IMG/VR virus record: IMGVR_UViG_2617270955_000009 | Length of the DNA stretch: 22,150 nt | Direction: 5' to 3' (one strand) | Source: a virus | Taxonomy: Duplodnaviria; Heunggongvirae; Uroviricota; Caudoviricetes | Shown: piece after piece, positions 1 through 8,460 of the stretch | Numbering within the stretch: position 1 is the first letter of the stretch | Layout of the letters: the number at the start of each line of letters is the position of its first letter | Notes under the pieces: model-generated | Seen by the model: the letters and a program-made list of their open reading frames with translations, nothing else | The model's database searches: none | What the model was told of the DNA's origin: nothing | Program-made: the position numbers and the translations under genes

Positions 1-219
1 TCACATCCACATAATTTGCTGCCCTGACGGCAACGGGTGCGGCCTTACGGCGTGGACTTCTCCCGGCTTCACGATGTATCTCTGTACCGACTCATAGGTG
101 ATGAACGTGGCGCTGCAATTCACGTTCTGACACTGGTGATAACGCTCTTTTGTCGTGTCAGTGATATAGCGGCTTGTACGCGCATGTGCGGCATGCTGGC
201 ATAAAGGACAATGAAACAT
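1..219 (-). CDS. ogr: Ogr late-gene transcriptional activator (zinc-finger, 72 aa)
   Basis: ORF 1..294 (-) contains MFHCPLCQHAAHARTSRYITDTTKERYHQCQNVNCSATFITYESVQRYIVKPGEVHAVRPHPLPSGQQIMWM, recognised as P2 Ogr with a Cys4 zinc-binding arrangement (CPLC ... CQNVNC). Start placed at the internal Met that gives the 72-aa P2-length product; stop codon is at window positions 1-3. Confidence 0.88.
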   Translation of the reverse strand: MFHCPLCQHAAHARTSRYITDTTKERYHQCQNVNCSATFITYESVQRYIVKPGEVHAVRPHPLPSGQQIMWM

Positions 220-300
220 CGCGAGCACCTCTTCCGGTTTTGTTGATAGTGCCATTTTAGTTAATTTATCCTTATAAAACAAACAGATAAACAAAATACA

Positions 301-1464
301 TCACTCATAATCTTCTGTTTCGTACTCCACATCAGAAAGCCTGACCTCAAGCTCTAAGGACGTCGTGAAGCCGCTATTATTCAGAAAATGTGTCACCTTA
401 GTGATTGTCCAGTCCTGCTCGTCTATGACGCGCTTAAAGCCTGACACTCTGACCGGTGTTTCCGTGTAAATATCTGCACGACCGGTAGCCAGGATGATGG
501 AGAACTCCGCAACGCCCCGTTGCAGTTTATCCCACTTCGCCTGAGCGGCACGCATAGCCTGCGCTTTTGTGGCATATACCGTGGTCAGGGCAAAAACGTT
601 GTCAGCTTCACCTGCCATGTATTCACCTTCGCGCGCTTCCGGTGCTTTTGGCGCTTTCTTCTGCGTGACCGGTTTCGCTTTCGGGTGCTCCAGTGCGCGC
701 AGGTGTTTCTCTTTCTTTTTGCGTTTCAGTTTTACCTTCTGCTTTTGTGGCTTCGGGTCTTTGGTGTGAAGCCACTTTGCCGTTACGCCGGTATAGGCTC
801 CACGGTCAGCAATCGCAAAATGATGACGGTCACCGTCGCTGCGGGTGATGGTAATCTGCGGGATTTTTTTACCGCTGGCCGTCACCCCCTGCCCCGCTTT
901 GAGAAACAACAGTTTTCCCATTTTTACCGACACCTCACCGCCGTTGCGTTCTGCAAGACGGGTCAGAAATTTCGCATCAGACTCCTGCGACTGGTCGATG
1001 TGCGGGATTTTAATTCCGGCCAGTGACGGAGCGACACTGGCTTCCAGCCTGTTACGGGAGGCTATCGCCTCAACAATCGCACCGAGCGTGGTGTCATGCC
1101 ATGAGCCTTCCCGGCGGGAATTGAGCGTCCCGCGAAAATCTGCACTCCGGGCACGGATGGTGACCACATCCGGCGCGCCCCGGTGTTCAACCTCATCAAC
1201 GGTAAATTTCCCTTTGCATACCAGGGCAAAACCTTTCCAGCCGATATACACCGTCAGGACAGCGCCACGAACCGGCAGCCCGACCTGCCCGTCGGCATCG
1301 TTCAGTTCAATATCAAGCTGGTCAGCCTCAAAGCCCCGGTTATCCGTCAGGGTCATGCTCATCAGACGGTCGCTGATATTGCCGGTAATATCCCTGCTGT
1401 CGAGCATCAGCATGTAATCCGGCGTCAGCGTACTGCCTGCATCAAATGTCAGCGTATCCAGCAT
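301..1464 (-). CDS. D: Tail protein D (late control gene D), 387 aa
   Basis: 387-aa ORF with lysine-rich central linker (KPQKQKVKLKRKKKEK); length and position between U and ogr match P2 gpD. Confidence 0.9.
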   Translation of the reverse strand: MLDTLTFDAGSTLTPDYMLMLDSRDITGNISDRLMSMTLTDNRGFEADQLDIELNDADGQVGLPVRGAVLTVYIGWKGFALVCKGKFTVDEVEHRGAPDVVTIRARSADFRGTLNSRREGSWHDTTLGAIVEAIASRNRLEASVAPSLAGIKIPHIDQSQESDAKFLTRLAERNGGEVSVKMGKLLFLKAGQGVTASGKKIPQITITRSDGDRHHFAIADRGAYTGVTAKWLHTKDPKPQKQKVKLKRKKKEKHLRALEHPKAKPVTQKKAPKAPEAREGEYMAGEADNVFALTTVYATKAQAMRAAQAKWDKLQRGVAEFSIILATGRADIYTETPVRVSGFKRVIDEQDWTITKVTHFLNNSGFTTSLELEVRLSDVEYETEDYE

Positions 1465-1943
1465 TATCCCGCCCCCGTCATACCCGTGAATTTAGTTGCC
1501 ATACTGCCCGCCTTACCGATGAGCGATTCCGCCTGTTTACCGATATCGCCATAAAGCGCGGCCAGTGATTCATCAACGCGGGTAAGTGACAGCGTAAAAT
1601 CAATTTTCCGGGGTGTGCCGTCGGCAAAGAAAATACTCCCTGTTTCACTCACCTTGCTGATGACATACATACCGTAAATCATGCCGGTGCCATCCAGCAA
1701 CGGCCACGCCCGGCCTTCCTCTGCCATCAGTCTGAGCGTGGTCATCGTCAGCTTGCCGCCGGTCAGTTCGGGATAAAGCACACCGGCAAGCGTCATGTTT
1801 TCCTCACCCACACCTAGAAACTGGTAGGCATCCCGTTTACCGATACGGGAATTTGACGGCCAGCGATAATCTGATTCACGCTGCATGGTCTGGTGTGGCA
1901 GCGTCTGGCGCATAAAAACAAACATCCCTAACGCGAGCATCAT
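1464..1943 (-). CDS. U: Tail protein U, 159 aa
   Basis: 159-aa ORF immediately downstream of T and overlapping the D start by 1 nt; size and synteny match P2 gpU. Confidence 0.85.
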   Translation of the reverse strand: MMLALGMFVFMRQTLPHQTMQRESDYRWPSNSRIGKRDAYQFLGVGEENMTLAGVLYPELTGGKLTMTTLRLMAEEGRAWPLLDGTGMIYGMYVISKVSETGSIFFADGTPRKIDFTLSLTRVDESLAALYGDIGKQAESLIGKAGSMATKFTGMTGAG

Positions 1944-1957
1944 TTTTCATCACCTCC

Positions 1958-4405
1958 TTAACCGTCATGCATCATGCTGGCACGGGCGCGCGCACGTTTA
2001 TCCCGCTCGTATTTTTCGAGCGCATCCTGTAACTGGCGGTCAAGCTGTGTCCCCGGCGCAGTACCACCCGTCAGGCTGATGTGATATTCGTTTTTACTCT
2101 GGTCCACATAAGAGCGGCCAGCCGGTGCCGTAACCGGCTGATAAGCCTGATAACCTGCATAAGAGCTGGTCGCCGGAATATAACCACCGGTGCCATACGT
2201 GGCGGCATGAGTTCTGGCGGCTGTCTGGTCAAGTGTGTCTGACTCTTTGTTGATGAACCCGAGCTTTTCCAGTACCCAGTCAATGCCGCTGCGTAATTTG
2301 TTGAACGCATTAAGCGGCAGCATCAGCGCGTCAGCCAGTGCCTGCCCGAACATGACGCCCGTGTCACGGCAACGGTTCAGGGTGTCCTGGGTGGCTTTGA
2401 CCGGGGCAATCAGGTTTTTAAACCACTGCCACGCAGCCTGTAACTTTTCACCCAGCCAGTCAAACACCGGCTTAAGTGGCGTGAACAGTTCTCCCACCGG
2501 CGCAAATGCCGCTTTCAGCCCTTCCACCACACCGCCAAAGAATGCGCTGACAGGCTCCCAGTATTTACGGATAAGTAACGCTCCGGCGACAATGGCGGCC
2601 ACCACGGCCACTACCGGCCAGCTAATCGCCCCGATGGCCGTCATAACGGCACTGCCAACCGTCGTGAAAATTGCCCCCATTGCGCCTGCTGCAGCAATGA
2701 TGGCATTGATGCCGGTGATAACCGGCCAGGCTACAAGACCAATGGCACCGATGATGCCAGTAAGCGCCAGTGCGCCACCGGCAATGAGGCCGATGGTTGA
2801 CGCCAGTGATTTGTTTTTCTGGATCCAGCCGTCGAGTTTTAACACATACTTTGTGGCCGTCTGCGTGAGCTTACGCAGTGCGCCTTCCTGCTGGTCAAAC
2901 AGGTCAGTCCCCACCGCCTCATAAGCGGACTGAAACTCTTTAAAGTCACCGCCGAGGTTGTCCTGCATGATATTTACCAGCTCGGCGGTCTTCCCGTCTG
3001 AGGCTTTAAACGCAGCGGTCAGTTTGTCCAGCTTTCCGGTTGAGGCGGCAGTCATCAGCACGGCGGCGGCTGAGCTGGCCTCCTCCCCGAAAATGGTTTT
3101 CATGTATTCAGCCTGCTGGGCAGTACCGAGCCGGTTTTTCTCAAAACTGGCCTGCATTTCTTTCAGAATGGTAAATATTGGCCGGGTGTTTCCCTTGCTG
3201 TCTGAGGTTTTCACTCCAAGCTCTTTGAGTGCATCCCATGCTTTTCCCGTCGGTGCCTGCAGGCGGCTTAACACGGCACGGCTTCCCGTCCCCGCCATTG
3301 AGCCTGTGATTTTTGCATCATGCAGCGCCCCGACCATTGCGGCGGTTTCTTCAATGCTGACACCGGCATTTTTTGCCACAGGTGCGGCATAGGTCAGCGC
3401 ATCGCTCATGCCGTCAAAATCGGCGGCGGTTTTGTTCATCGTCATGGAGAGAACATCCCCGATATGAGCGACCTTATCGTTTGAAAGCTGAAAGGCGGAT
3501 TTCATCCCCATCAGCAGGGCGGCGTTTTCTTCCATCGTGCGGCGGTTCGCCAGCGCCATATTCAGCGTGACCGGCGTTGCCGCCTGAATGGCATCAACAT
3601 CCCCACCCGCTTTCGCGATGATTATCTGTGCACCGGCCGCATCATCCGCCGAGGCGGCGGTATTGTCGCCGAGCTGGCGCGCCTGTTTGCGTAGTGCGGT
3701 CATTTCGGCGGAGTCTTTTGCCACTCCGAGCACGGCCTGCAATTCTGAGTTTTTCTGCGCAAACTCATAACCGGGCATCAGCAACTTAACTCCGGCCATC
3801 GTTCCCGCCGCCGCAATCCCCACACCGGCAGCGCCCACTGAGGCCATATTTCCGGCCAGTTCCTTTCCGGCCTGATAACGCTGTTTTACTGCATTAAGTT
3901 TTGCCTGTTGCGCACTGACACGCGCCAGCGCGTCACGCTGCCGGTTAAGCTGTGCGGTGGTTTCACTGATACGGTTTTTCAGTCCCTGCTCATCATGTGC
4001 AAGATTGCGGGTATTAATTCCCACAGCGGCCAGTTCCCGCTGCTGGCGCTTAACGGAATCCGTCAGGCGGTTATATTTCGCCTGTAAGTCCTCCGCCGCA
4101 CGCTTTGCGGATTCCAGCACTTTCGCCTGAGCACGGGTCGGACGTTCAGTGTTTTTAAACTGTGTGGCAAGTGCTTCGGCTTCCTGCCGTGCCTTTTCAA
4201 GTGCATGACCAGTCACGGCAAGCTGTGCGCTGGTCTTGCGAAATCCCTCAATACGGGATGCGTGACCGTTCAGCTCGCGCAGTGATTTTTGTGTTTCCCG
4301 GATATCCCCCGACAGCGACTTACTCGCTGTGCGGATGGATTTAAACGGGCGGGATGCCTGGTCAACAGCCCTGAGCAATACCTGTAATTTTACATTGTTA
4401 CTCAT
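1958..4405 (-). CDS. T: Tail tape measure protein T, 815 aa
   Basis: 815-aa ORF; coiled-coil-rich N-terminal third, Ala/Gly-rich hydrophobic middle segment, position after E/E'; matches P2 gpT length exactly. Confidence 0.92.
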   Translation of the reverse strand: MSNNVKLQVLLRAVDQASRPFKSIRTASKSLSGDIRETQKSLRELNGHASRIEGFRKTSAQLAVTGHALEKARQEAEALATQFKNTERPTRAQAKVLESAKRAAEDLQAKYNRLTDSVKRQQRELAAVGINTRNLAHDEQGLKNRISETTAQLNRQRDALARVSAQQAKLNAVKQRYQAGKELAGNMASVGAAGVGIAAAGTMAGVKLLMPGYEFAQKNSELQAVLGVAKDSAEMTALRKQARQLGDNTAASADDAAGAQIIIAKAGGDVDAIQAATPVTLNMALANRRTMEENAALLMGMKSAFQLSNDKVAHIGDVLSMTMNKTAADFDGMSDALTYAAPVAKNAGVSIEETAAMVGALHDAKITGSMAGTGSRAVLSRLQAPTGKAWDALKELGVKTSDSKGNTRPIFTILKEMQASFEKNRLGTAQQAEYMKTIFGEEASSAAAVLMTAASTGKLDKLTAAFKASDGKTAELVNIMQDNLGGDFKEFQSAYEAVGTDLFDQQEGALRKLTQTATKYVLKLDGWIQKNKSLASTIGLIAGGALALTGIIGAIGLVAWPVITGINAIIAAAGAMGAIFTTVGSAVMTAIGAISWPVVAVVAAIVAGALLIRKYWEPVSAFFGGVVEGLKAAFAPVGELFTPLKPVFDWLGEKLQAAWQWFKNLIAPVKATQDTLNRCRDTGVMFGQALADALMLPLNAFNKLRSGIDWVLEKLGFINKESDTLDQTAARTHAATYGTGGYIPATSSYAGYQAYQPVTAPAGRSYVDQSKNEYHISLTGGTAPGTQLDRQLQDALEKYERDKRARARASMMHDG

Positions 4406-4825
4406 TCGTGTTTCCGCTTCGCCGGAGCGCCTTTTCGCGCCATGTGATGAGTTCGGTCAGGCTCATGGGATACAGTTCTGATGGCGGCCAGTGAAATATC
4501 ACTGCCACATCCGCCATCAGGTCATCGACCGAGAGATTTTTCGGAAACGTTACTGCACCGAGTTCGGCGACAAAAAACCGACCACCTTACCGGCCAGCGC
4601 CACAAGGTCAGGCAGCTCCAGCGCGGCGACCTCCTGCTCAGTCAGCATCGGTGCCGTCATGCGCGGCAGCACTTTAATCAGTGCATCGACTTCGGAGTTT
4701 GCGACCGCAGCCAGACTGACACCGCGCAGCGTCCCGGCATTGGGTTTCATCAGCGTGACCTGTTCGATAACCTGCTCACCACGCTTGACCGGATTGTCCA
4801 GGGTAATCACATTTTCTTTGTTCAT
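4398..4825 (-). CDS. E+E': E+E' fusion made by programmed -1 frameshift (predicted 142 aa)
   Basis: On the minus strand the E frame reads GGT TTT TTG TCG. A -1 slip on T_TTT_TTG continues as VAELGAVTFPKNLSVDDLMADVAVIFHWPPSELYPMSLTELITWREKALRRSGNTNE and stops at TAA (4398-4400), overlapping the T start (ATGAGTAA). 85 aa of E plus 57 aa gives 142 aa, the known P2 E+E' size. Confidence 0.75.
4550..4825 (-). CDS. E: Tail assembly chaperone E, 91 aa
   Basis: 91-aa ORF MNKENVITLDNPVKRGEQV...GKVVGFLSPNSVQ; size and position (between FII and T) match P2 gpE. Confidence 0.88.
   Translation of the reverse strand: MNKENVITLDNPVKRGEQVIEQVTLMKPNAGTLRGVSLAAVANSEVDALIKVLPRMTAPMLTEQEVAALELPDLVALAGKVVGFLSPNSVQ
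4571..4577 (-). other. -1 ribosomal frameshift slippery heptamer T_TTT_TTG (minus strand)
   Basis: Plus-strand CAAAAAA at 4571-4577 is TTTTTTG on the coding strand, six codons before the E stop; this is the canonical P2 E/E' shift site. Confidence 0.75.
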
Positions 4826-4881
4826 GGTTTTCTCACTTCTGAATCAGGGTTAACCGGTCAGCCAGGCTGACCGGATGAAAA

Positions 4882-5400
4882 TCACAGGCCGATATTGCGG
4901 CGGTGTTGCTCCAGCCGGTCGACGCCGTTCACCTTCTCAATCATGTTGATGGTGTCAATTTCGACCAGCTCCTTACCGTCCATCGTCAGCCGGAAATAGG
5001 TGCAGACCACGGAGATTTTCGACTCGGTGTCTTCTCCCTGTTTACCCTCGCCGGTGTCGATTTCTTTCTGACGGCCACGCATGACCACTTCGACGGCCAC
5101 CGTTTCGCCGGTATCGTCACGCTGGTAAGAGCCTGCAAAACGAATCGGCACGGCATCCACACCGGTTGCGGCGTAAAGTTCCCAGATAACCGAATCCGGG
5201 AAGCCCCCGAGCGACCACTCCATTGACAGCGCATCGTCATCAAGGCCGAGGTCTACCGGTGCGCTGCCGTTCATCCCCGCACCGCGATAGTTTTCGAGCT
5301 TACGGGTCAGTTTTGGCAGCGTGACGGACTTCGCGACGCCCTGATAGCTGTAGCCGTTCAGAAAGACGTTCATTAACTTGAGTTTGCGCGGCATTGCCAT
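4882..5400 (-). CDS. FII: Tail tube protein FII, 172 aa
   Basis: 172-aa ORF directly downstream of FI; length and synteny match P2 gpFII. Confidence 0.9.
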   Translation of the reverse strand: MAMPRKLKLMNVFLNGYSYQGVAKSVTLPKLTRKLENYRGAGMNGSAPVDLGLDDDALSMEWSLGGFPDSVIWELYAATGVDAVPIRFAGSYQRDDTGETVAVEVVMRGRQKEIDTGEGKQGEDTESKISVVCTYFRLTMDGKELVEIDTINMIEKVNGVDRLEQHRRNIGL

Positions 5401-5412
5401 CGGTCAGACTCC

Positions 5413-6603
5413 TTAATTGCTGTTAACCGAGGTGACCAGATTTGCCAGGTATTTATCGGTAATACGCTGGCGCAGGGTCAGGTTTTCAAGAGGAGGCACC
5501 GGGGTATAGTCGTAGTCGATATACAGTTTTCCGGCCTTGAGGGTTTCCGCATCGTTGGATTCTTCGCTGAACCAGCAGGTCGCATCCACGATATAGCCGT
5601 TTGTTTTCAGCTCACGGAATTTGGCATTGATACCGTCAACGATGTCGCGAATCAGCGTTGCGGTGATGGGCTTGTCCACCGCCCACATGTGCGCCTCAGC
5701 CATCGTGTCGGCCAGCACCTGCGCGGTGCGGGTGTAGTTTTCAAAGAGGAACAGCGGGTCATCAGAGCAGGTACGGTTACCCCAGAAGCGGAAACCGTCG
5801 CGGCGAATCAGCGTAGTGACGCCTGACTCGTTAAGCAGGTCAGCATCAGTGCCGGACTCCTGCAAATCCCAGAATACAGATGCGCTGATGCCGGTAACAC
5901 CGTTTACCCCGACGTTGGACAGCGTTTTATGCCAGCCCTGCTCCTGGTCGATTTTAGCGCGCAGACCCAGCGCACGGGCGGTGGCATACGCGGTGGCGGT
6001 GGTGCTGGTGACCGTATCCCATGCGAGGAAATCCGGCCAGATGACCATCAGCTCACGCTGGCTGAAATTCTGGCGGTAGGCTTTCACCTCGGAAATGGTT
6101 TTACAGCCCCATGCGCTGATATACCCGAAAGCGCGCAGCTTCTGACAGACAGATGCCAGTGCAACAGCCACCTCTTTGGTGTCCAGTCCCGGTACGCCGA
6201 GAATACGCGGTTTAACACCGGTTACCGACTCCGCCGCCAGCAGGGCTTTCAGTCCGGTGTACTGACCGTTTTCGTCGGTGGTGCCGATGATATTGGAAAC
6301 GGTCTGCGCAAGTTTCGTTTCTTCGTCGTCGCCGGTGCCGTCTTCAACACGCACGACAACGGTGACCGGTTTTGACTGGTCAGCGATGGCCTGCAACGAC
6401 GCCGCCAGCGTGCCTTTTTTACCAGCCTTTGCAATTGCGCTCTGCACATTGGTAATCAGCACCGGTTTATTGAGGGGGAAGGTTTCCGCATCCGCATCGC
6501 TGGCCGTGCAGACCATGCCGACAATGGCAGTGGATACGGTGGAAATGACGCGGGTGCCGTCGTTAATCTCCAGCACCTGCACGCCGTGATGATAGTCACT
6601 CAT
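5413..6603 (-). CDS. FI: Contractile tail sheath protein FI, 396 aa
   Basis: 396-aa ORF; length and synteny match P2 gpFI. GGAG Shine-Dalgarno sits about 10 nt upstream of the ATG on the minus strand. Confidence 0.92.
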   Translation of the reverse strand: MSDYHHGVQVLEINDGTRVISTVSTAIVGMVCTASDADAETFPLNKPVLITNVQSAIAKAGKKGTLAASLQAIADQSKPVTVVVRVEDGTGDDEETKLAQTVSNIIGTTDENGQYTGLKALLAAESVTGVKPRILGVPGLDTKEVAVALASVCQKLRAFGYISAWGCKTISEVKAYRQNFSQRELMVIWPDFLAWDTVTSTTATAYATARALGLRAKIDQEQGWHKTLSNVGVNGVTGISASVFWDLQESGTDADLLNESGVTTLIRRDGFRFWGNRTCSDDPLFLFENYTRTAQVLADTMAEAHMWAVDKPITATLIRDIVDGINAKFRELKTNGYIVDATCWFSEESNDAETLKAGKLYIDYDYTPVPPLENLTLRQRITDKYLANLVTSVNSN

Positions 6604-6704
6604 CCGTTTAACTCCGTGGTTAATGGGTGCAACTATTTTCTGTTGTGCGAAGCATGAGACGCTATTTGACCTGGCTGGTCAGTGAATGAAACAACAGATA
6701 AAGA
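6604..6704 (-). promoter_or_regulatory. Expected late promoter region for the FI-FII-E-T-U-D operon (P_F equivalent); exact elements not resolved
   Basis: About 100 bp between a terminator hairpin and the FI start. Contains a TGACC-N5-GGTCA dyad (6667-6681) and a TGTTGT...ACAACA pair, but I could not find an exact TGT-N12-ACA Ogr-site consensus. Confidence 0.3.
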
Positions 6705-6729
6705 AAAGACGGGCAATCAGCCCGTCTTT
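6705..6729 (-). terminator. Rho-independent terminator hairpin (minus-strand oriented)
   Basis: AAAGACGGG-caatcag-CCCGTCTTT, a 9-bp stem with 7-nt loop, followed on the minus strand by the T-rich tract TCTTTATCTGTTGTTTC. Confidence 0.6.
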
Positions 6730-6777
6730 AAATCACAAATTTTGACAGTTTTTGATTTGCATTCGAGAATAACAGTT

Positions 6778-6800
6778 CGGGGGAGAAAAAACCTCCCCCG
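6778..6800 (-). terminator. GC-rich hairpin immediately 3' of the cargo operon (probable terminator)
   Basis: C-GGGGGAG-aaaaaac-CTCCCCC-G, an 8-bp G/C stem 15 nt after the TAA stop at 6815-6817; the downstream minus-strand tract (GAACTGTTATTCTC) is only moderately U-rich. Confidence 0.45.
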
Positions 6801-6814
6801 CCCACGTAACTTGC

Positions 6815-7864
6815 TTAACTACATGAATCAATGATGTTTTTCACAAGCTTATTTATTTCAGATTCATTAGTGCCAAATTCACCCGCTTTAAAATTAATAC
6901 CTCGCGCTGCAAGATTTCTTTTTATTTTACTTACTTCACTCAGCATAAAGTCATAATTTAACGTTTTTTCTTTAATGCCCTTTGAATATATTACAGGGAA
7001 GGCTTTCATTAATGCCGCATATCCTGTGAGTTTACTTAAATAATATTCCCTTGGTGTATTCCACTCAACTGGATAGACATTGCTAATAGCATTAAAATAA
7101 TTCAATATTATTTTTTGAATTACAGCGTCATTCTCTTCGATAAAATAATCGCGGAATATACACTGATTATTTGGCGTTAATGGCAGATTCATTTTTAACA
7201 TTCTTGCATCATCATCAGGTTTTTTTGAAATATGTTGGATAAGATATTTAATGAAAGTGCTTTGTGATAATGATGCATTATCTTGGTTTATTTCCTTTTT
7301 CCCAAGCATTTTTAGCTTTTTATAAAAAGGGGAATCAGGATTACTGTTTATTCCTCTCGCGATTTCGTGGCATGTTTTTTGTGGACTCCTGCGTTCTGCA
7401 AGCGAAAATAAATCATATACAATTGATGGATTTACACGAGTTTGTTTACTATTAATAATTGAGAAAACATAGGCTTTTTCTTCATCAGTAAGATCAAACA
7501 TTAAAACAACAGGTAGTTCAAAAAGTTTAGCATTAGAGGAATTTTTAATTCCCCATAATCTGTGTTGACCATCGATAACATCACCTATAACCACTTCAGA
7601 CTCAAAGTAAAAATAGGTATCATCCATTTTTAAATTGGATGAATCATCGACGGAAATTATGATCGGCGTTGGAAAAGTCGCATCCGGCTCACTAGTGTAC
7701 TTTGCGATTTCTGAAACTCTTGATGATGAAATATCCCTTTGCACACCAAATTCGAAATCTCTGCGACGATCAACTCTAACTATATCGAGCAAGTCAATGG
7801 CTCTTATTGATGTTAAATAGAAAGTACCGATTGGTTGATTAACTTCAATATATTTCAACTTCAT
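6815..7864 (-). CDS. DGQHR-domain protein (DndB-like, ParB/sulfiredoxin-fold), 349 aa; accessory cargo gene B
   Basis: Exact DGQHR motif at residues 98-102 (nt 7559-7573, VIDGQHRLWG), preceded by the family-typical N-terminal QPIGTFYLTSIRAIDLL element. AT-rich codon usage. GGAG Shine-Dalgarno 8-11 nt upstream. Start ATG overlaps the stop of the upstream membrane gene (ATGA at 7861-7864). Confidence 0.8.
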   Translation of the reverse strand: MKLKYIEVNQPIGTFYLTSIRAIDLLDIVRVDRRRDFEFGVQRDISSSRVSEIAKYTSEPDATFPTPIIISVDDSSNLKMDDTYFYFESEVVIGDVIDGQHRLWGIKNSSNAKLFELPVVLMFDLTDEEKAYVFSIINSKQTRVNPSIVYDLFSLAERRSPQKTCHEIARGINSNPDSPFYKKLKMLGKKEINQDNASLSQSTFIKYLIQHISKKPDDDARMLKMNLPLTPNNQCIFRDYFIEENDAVIQKIILNYFNAISNVYPVEWNTPREYYLSKLTGYAALMKAFPVIYSKGIKEKTLNYDFMLSEVSKIKRNLAARGINFKAGEFGTNESEINKLVKNIIDSCS

Positions 7865-8460
7865 ATCATAACTCCTTTACCATCATCAGTTACTTCATTG
7901 GTTGCCATTGTCTGATCTATAACTATTGCATCTTCTTTTTCTATATAACTTTCATCATTTATATCTGTATGTGCAGTAGCGTTAAGTTTTAATACGCCAA
8001 ATGTATAGCATACTAAGACTATAGAAATAACATAAATTATAGGTTGAGTTAAACCGAATGTTAAATCATTAGAATTTGGTAGGATTAAATCCTTTGATTG
8101 CGTAGCAGCGTATATTATACCTGATAATTGTAATAAAATAATCAATAATATTATTGATATGATTTTTATTGTTTTAAATTCAAGTTTTGAACTAAAAAAA
8201 GTTACAAACATAGGCCCAAGGGCAGAGGCTATTAATGCAATGGAAAATGTGTAAAAACTTCCTGACGAACCTTCTATGTAAATAGATTGATCTAGTGGTA
8301 TTGAATGTGAATAATATCTTATGATTATATTTGCAATAATCCCCATTTGCCCACAAACAACTGTAAAAACGATCCAAATAAAAAACTCTCTTTTGTTTTT
8401 TCTTATCGCATCGAATGGATAGGAAAGGGATTTCTTTAATATTTGCCAGTCTTTACTCAT
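7861..8460 (-). CDS. Small integral membrane protein, four predicted TM helices, acidic C-terminal tail (199 aa from ATG; 202 aa if the GTG at 8467-8469 is used); accessory cargo gene A
   Basis: Hydrophobic segments FFIWIVFTVVCGQMGIIANIII, FYTFSIALIASALGPMFVTFF, IKIISIILLIILLQLSGIIYAA and TQPIIYVISIVLVCYTFGVL; C-terminal DINDESYIEKEDAIVIDQTMATNEVTDDGKG. The ORF-track start at 8469 is a GTG; the first ATG is at 8458-8460 with AAGAG upstream. Confidence 0.7.
   Translation of the reverse strand: MSKDWQILKKSLSYPFDAIRKNKREFFIWIVFTVVCGQMGIIANIIIRYYSHSIPLDQSIYIEGSSGSFYTFSIALIASALGPMFVTFFSSKLEFKTIKIISIILLIILLQLSGIIYAATQSKDLILPNSNDLTFGLTQPIIYVISIVLVCYTFGVLKLNATAHTDINDESYIEKEDAIVIDQTMATNEVTDDGKGVMI

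Noticed and set aside
1-294. 97-aa extended form of ogr (MFICLFYKDKLTKMALSTKPEEVLAMFHCP...)
   Set aside because: The canonical Ogr is 72 aa starting at MFHCPLCQ; the upstream extension runs through the ogr promoter and leader region, so the longer ORF is a frame artefact.
520-1554. Plus-strand ORFs 520..1026, 569..769, 845..1417 and 1183..1554 overlapping D
   Set aside because: All lie antisense to the well-supported D gene; mutually overlapping, Arg/Ser/Cys-rich, no recognisable domains.
2235-2924. 229-aa plus-strand ORF (also 2958..3392, 3373..3570, 3588..3770, 4162..4344) inside the tape-measure gene
   Set aside because: Antisense shadow ORFs within the high-GC minus-strand T gene; Ala/Ser/Pro-rich low-complexity translations with no start context, typical of open frames opposite a GC-rich coding strand.
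6604-6704. Exact TGT-N12-ACA Ogr-binding consensus upstream of FI and V
   Set aside because: Only approximate dyads were found (TGT-N10-ACA near V; TGACC-N5-GGTCA near FI). Late promoter positions are therefore reported as regions at low confidence rather than as defined sites.
8192-8377. 61-aa minus-strand ORF nested in the membrane gene in another frame
   Set aside because: Fully contained within the better-supported 4-TM ORF; no ribosome-binding site; AT-rich chance frame.
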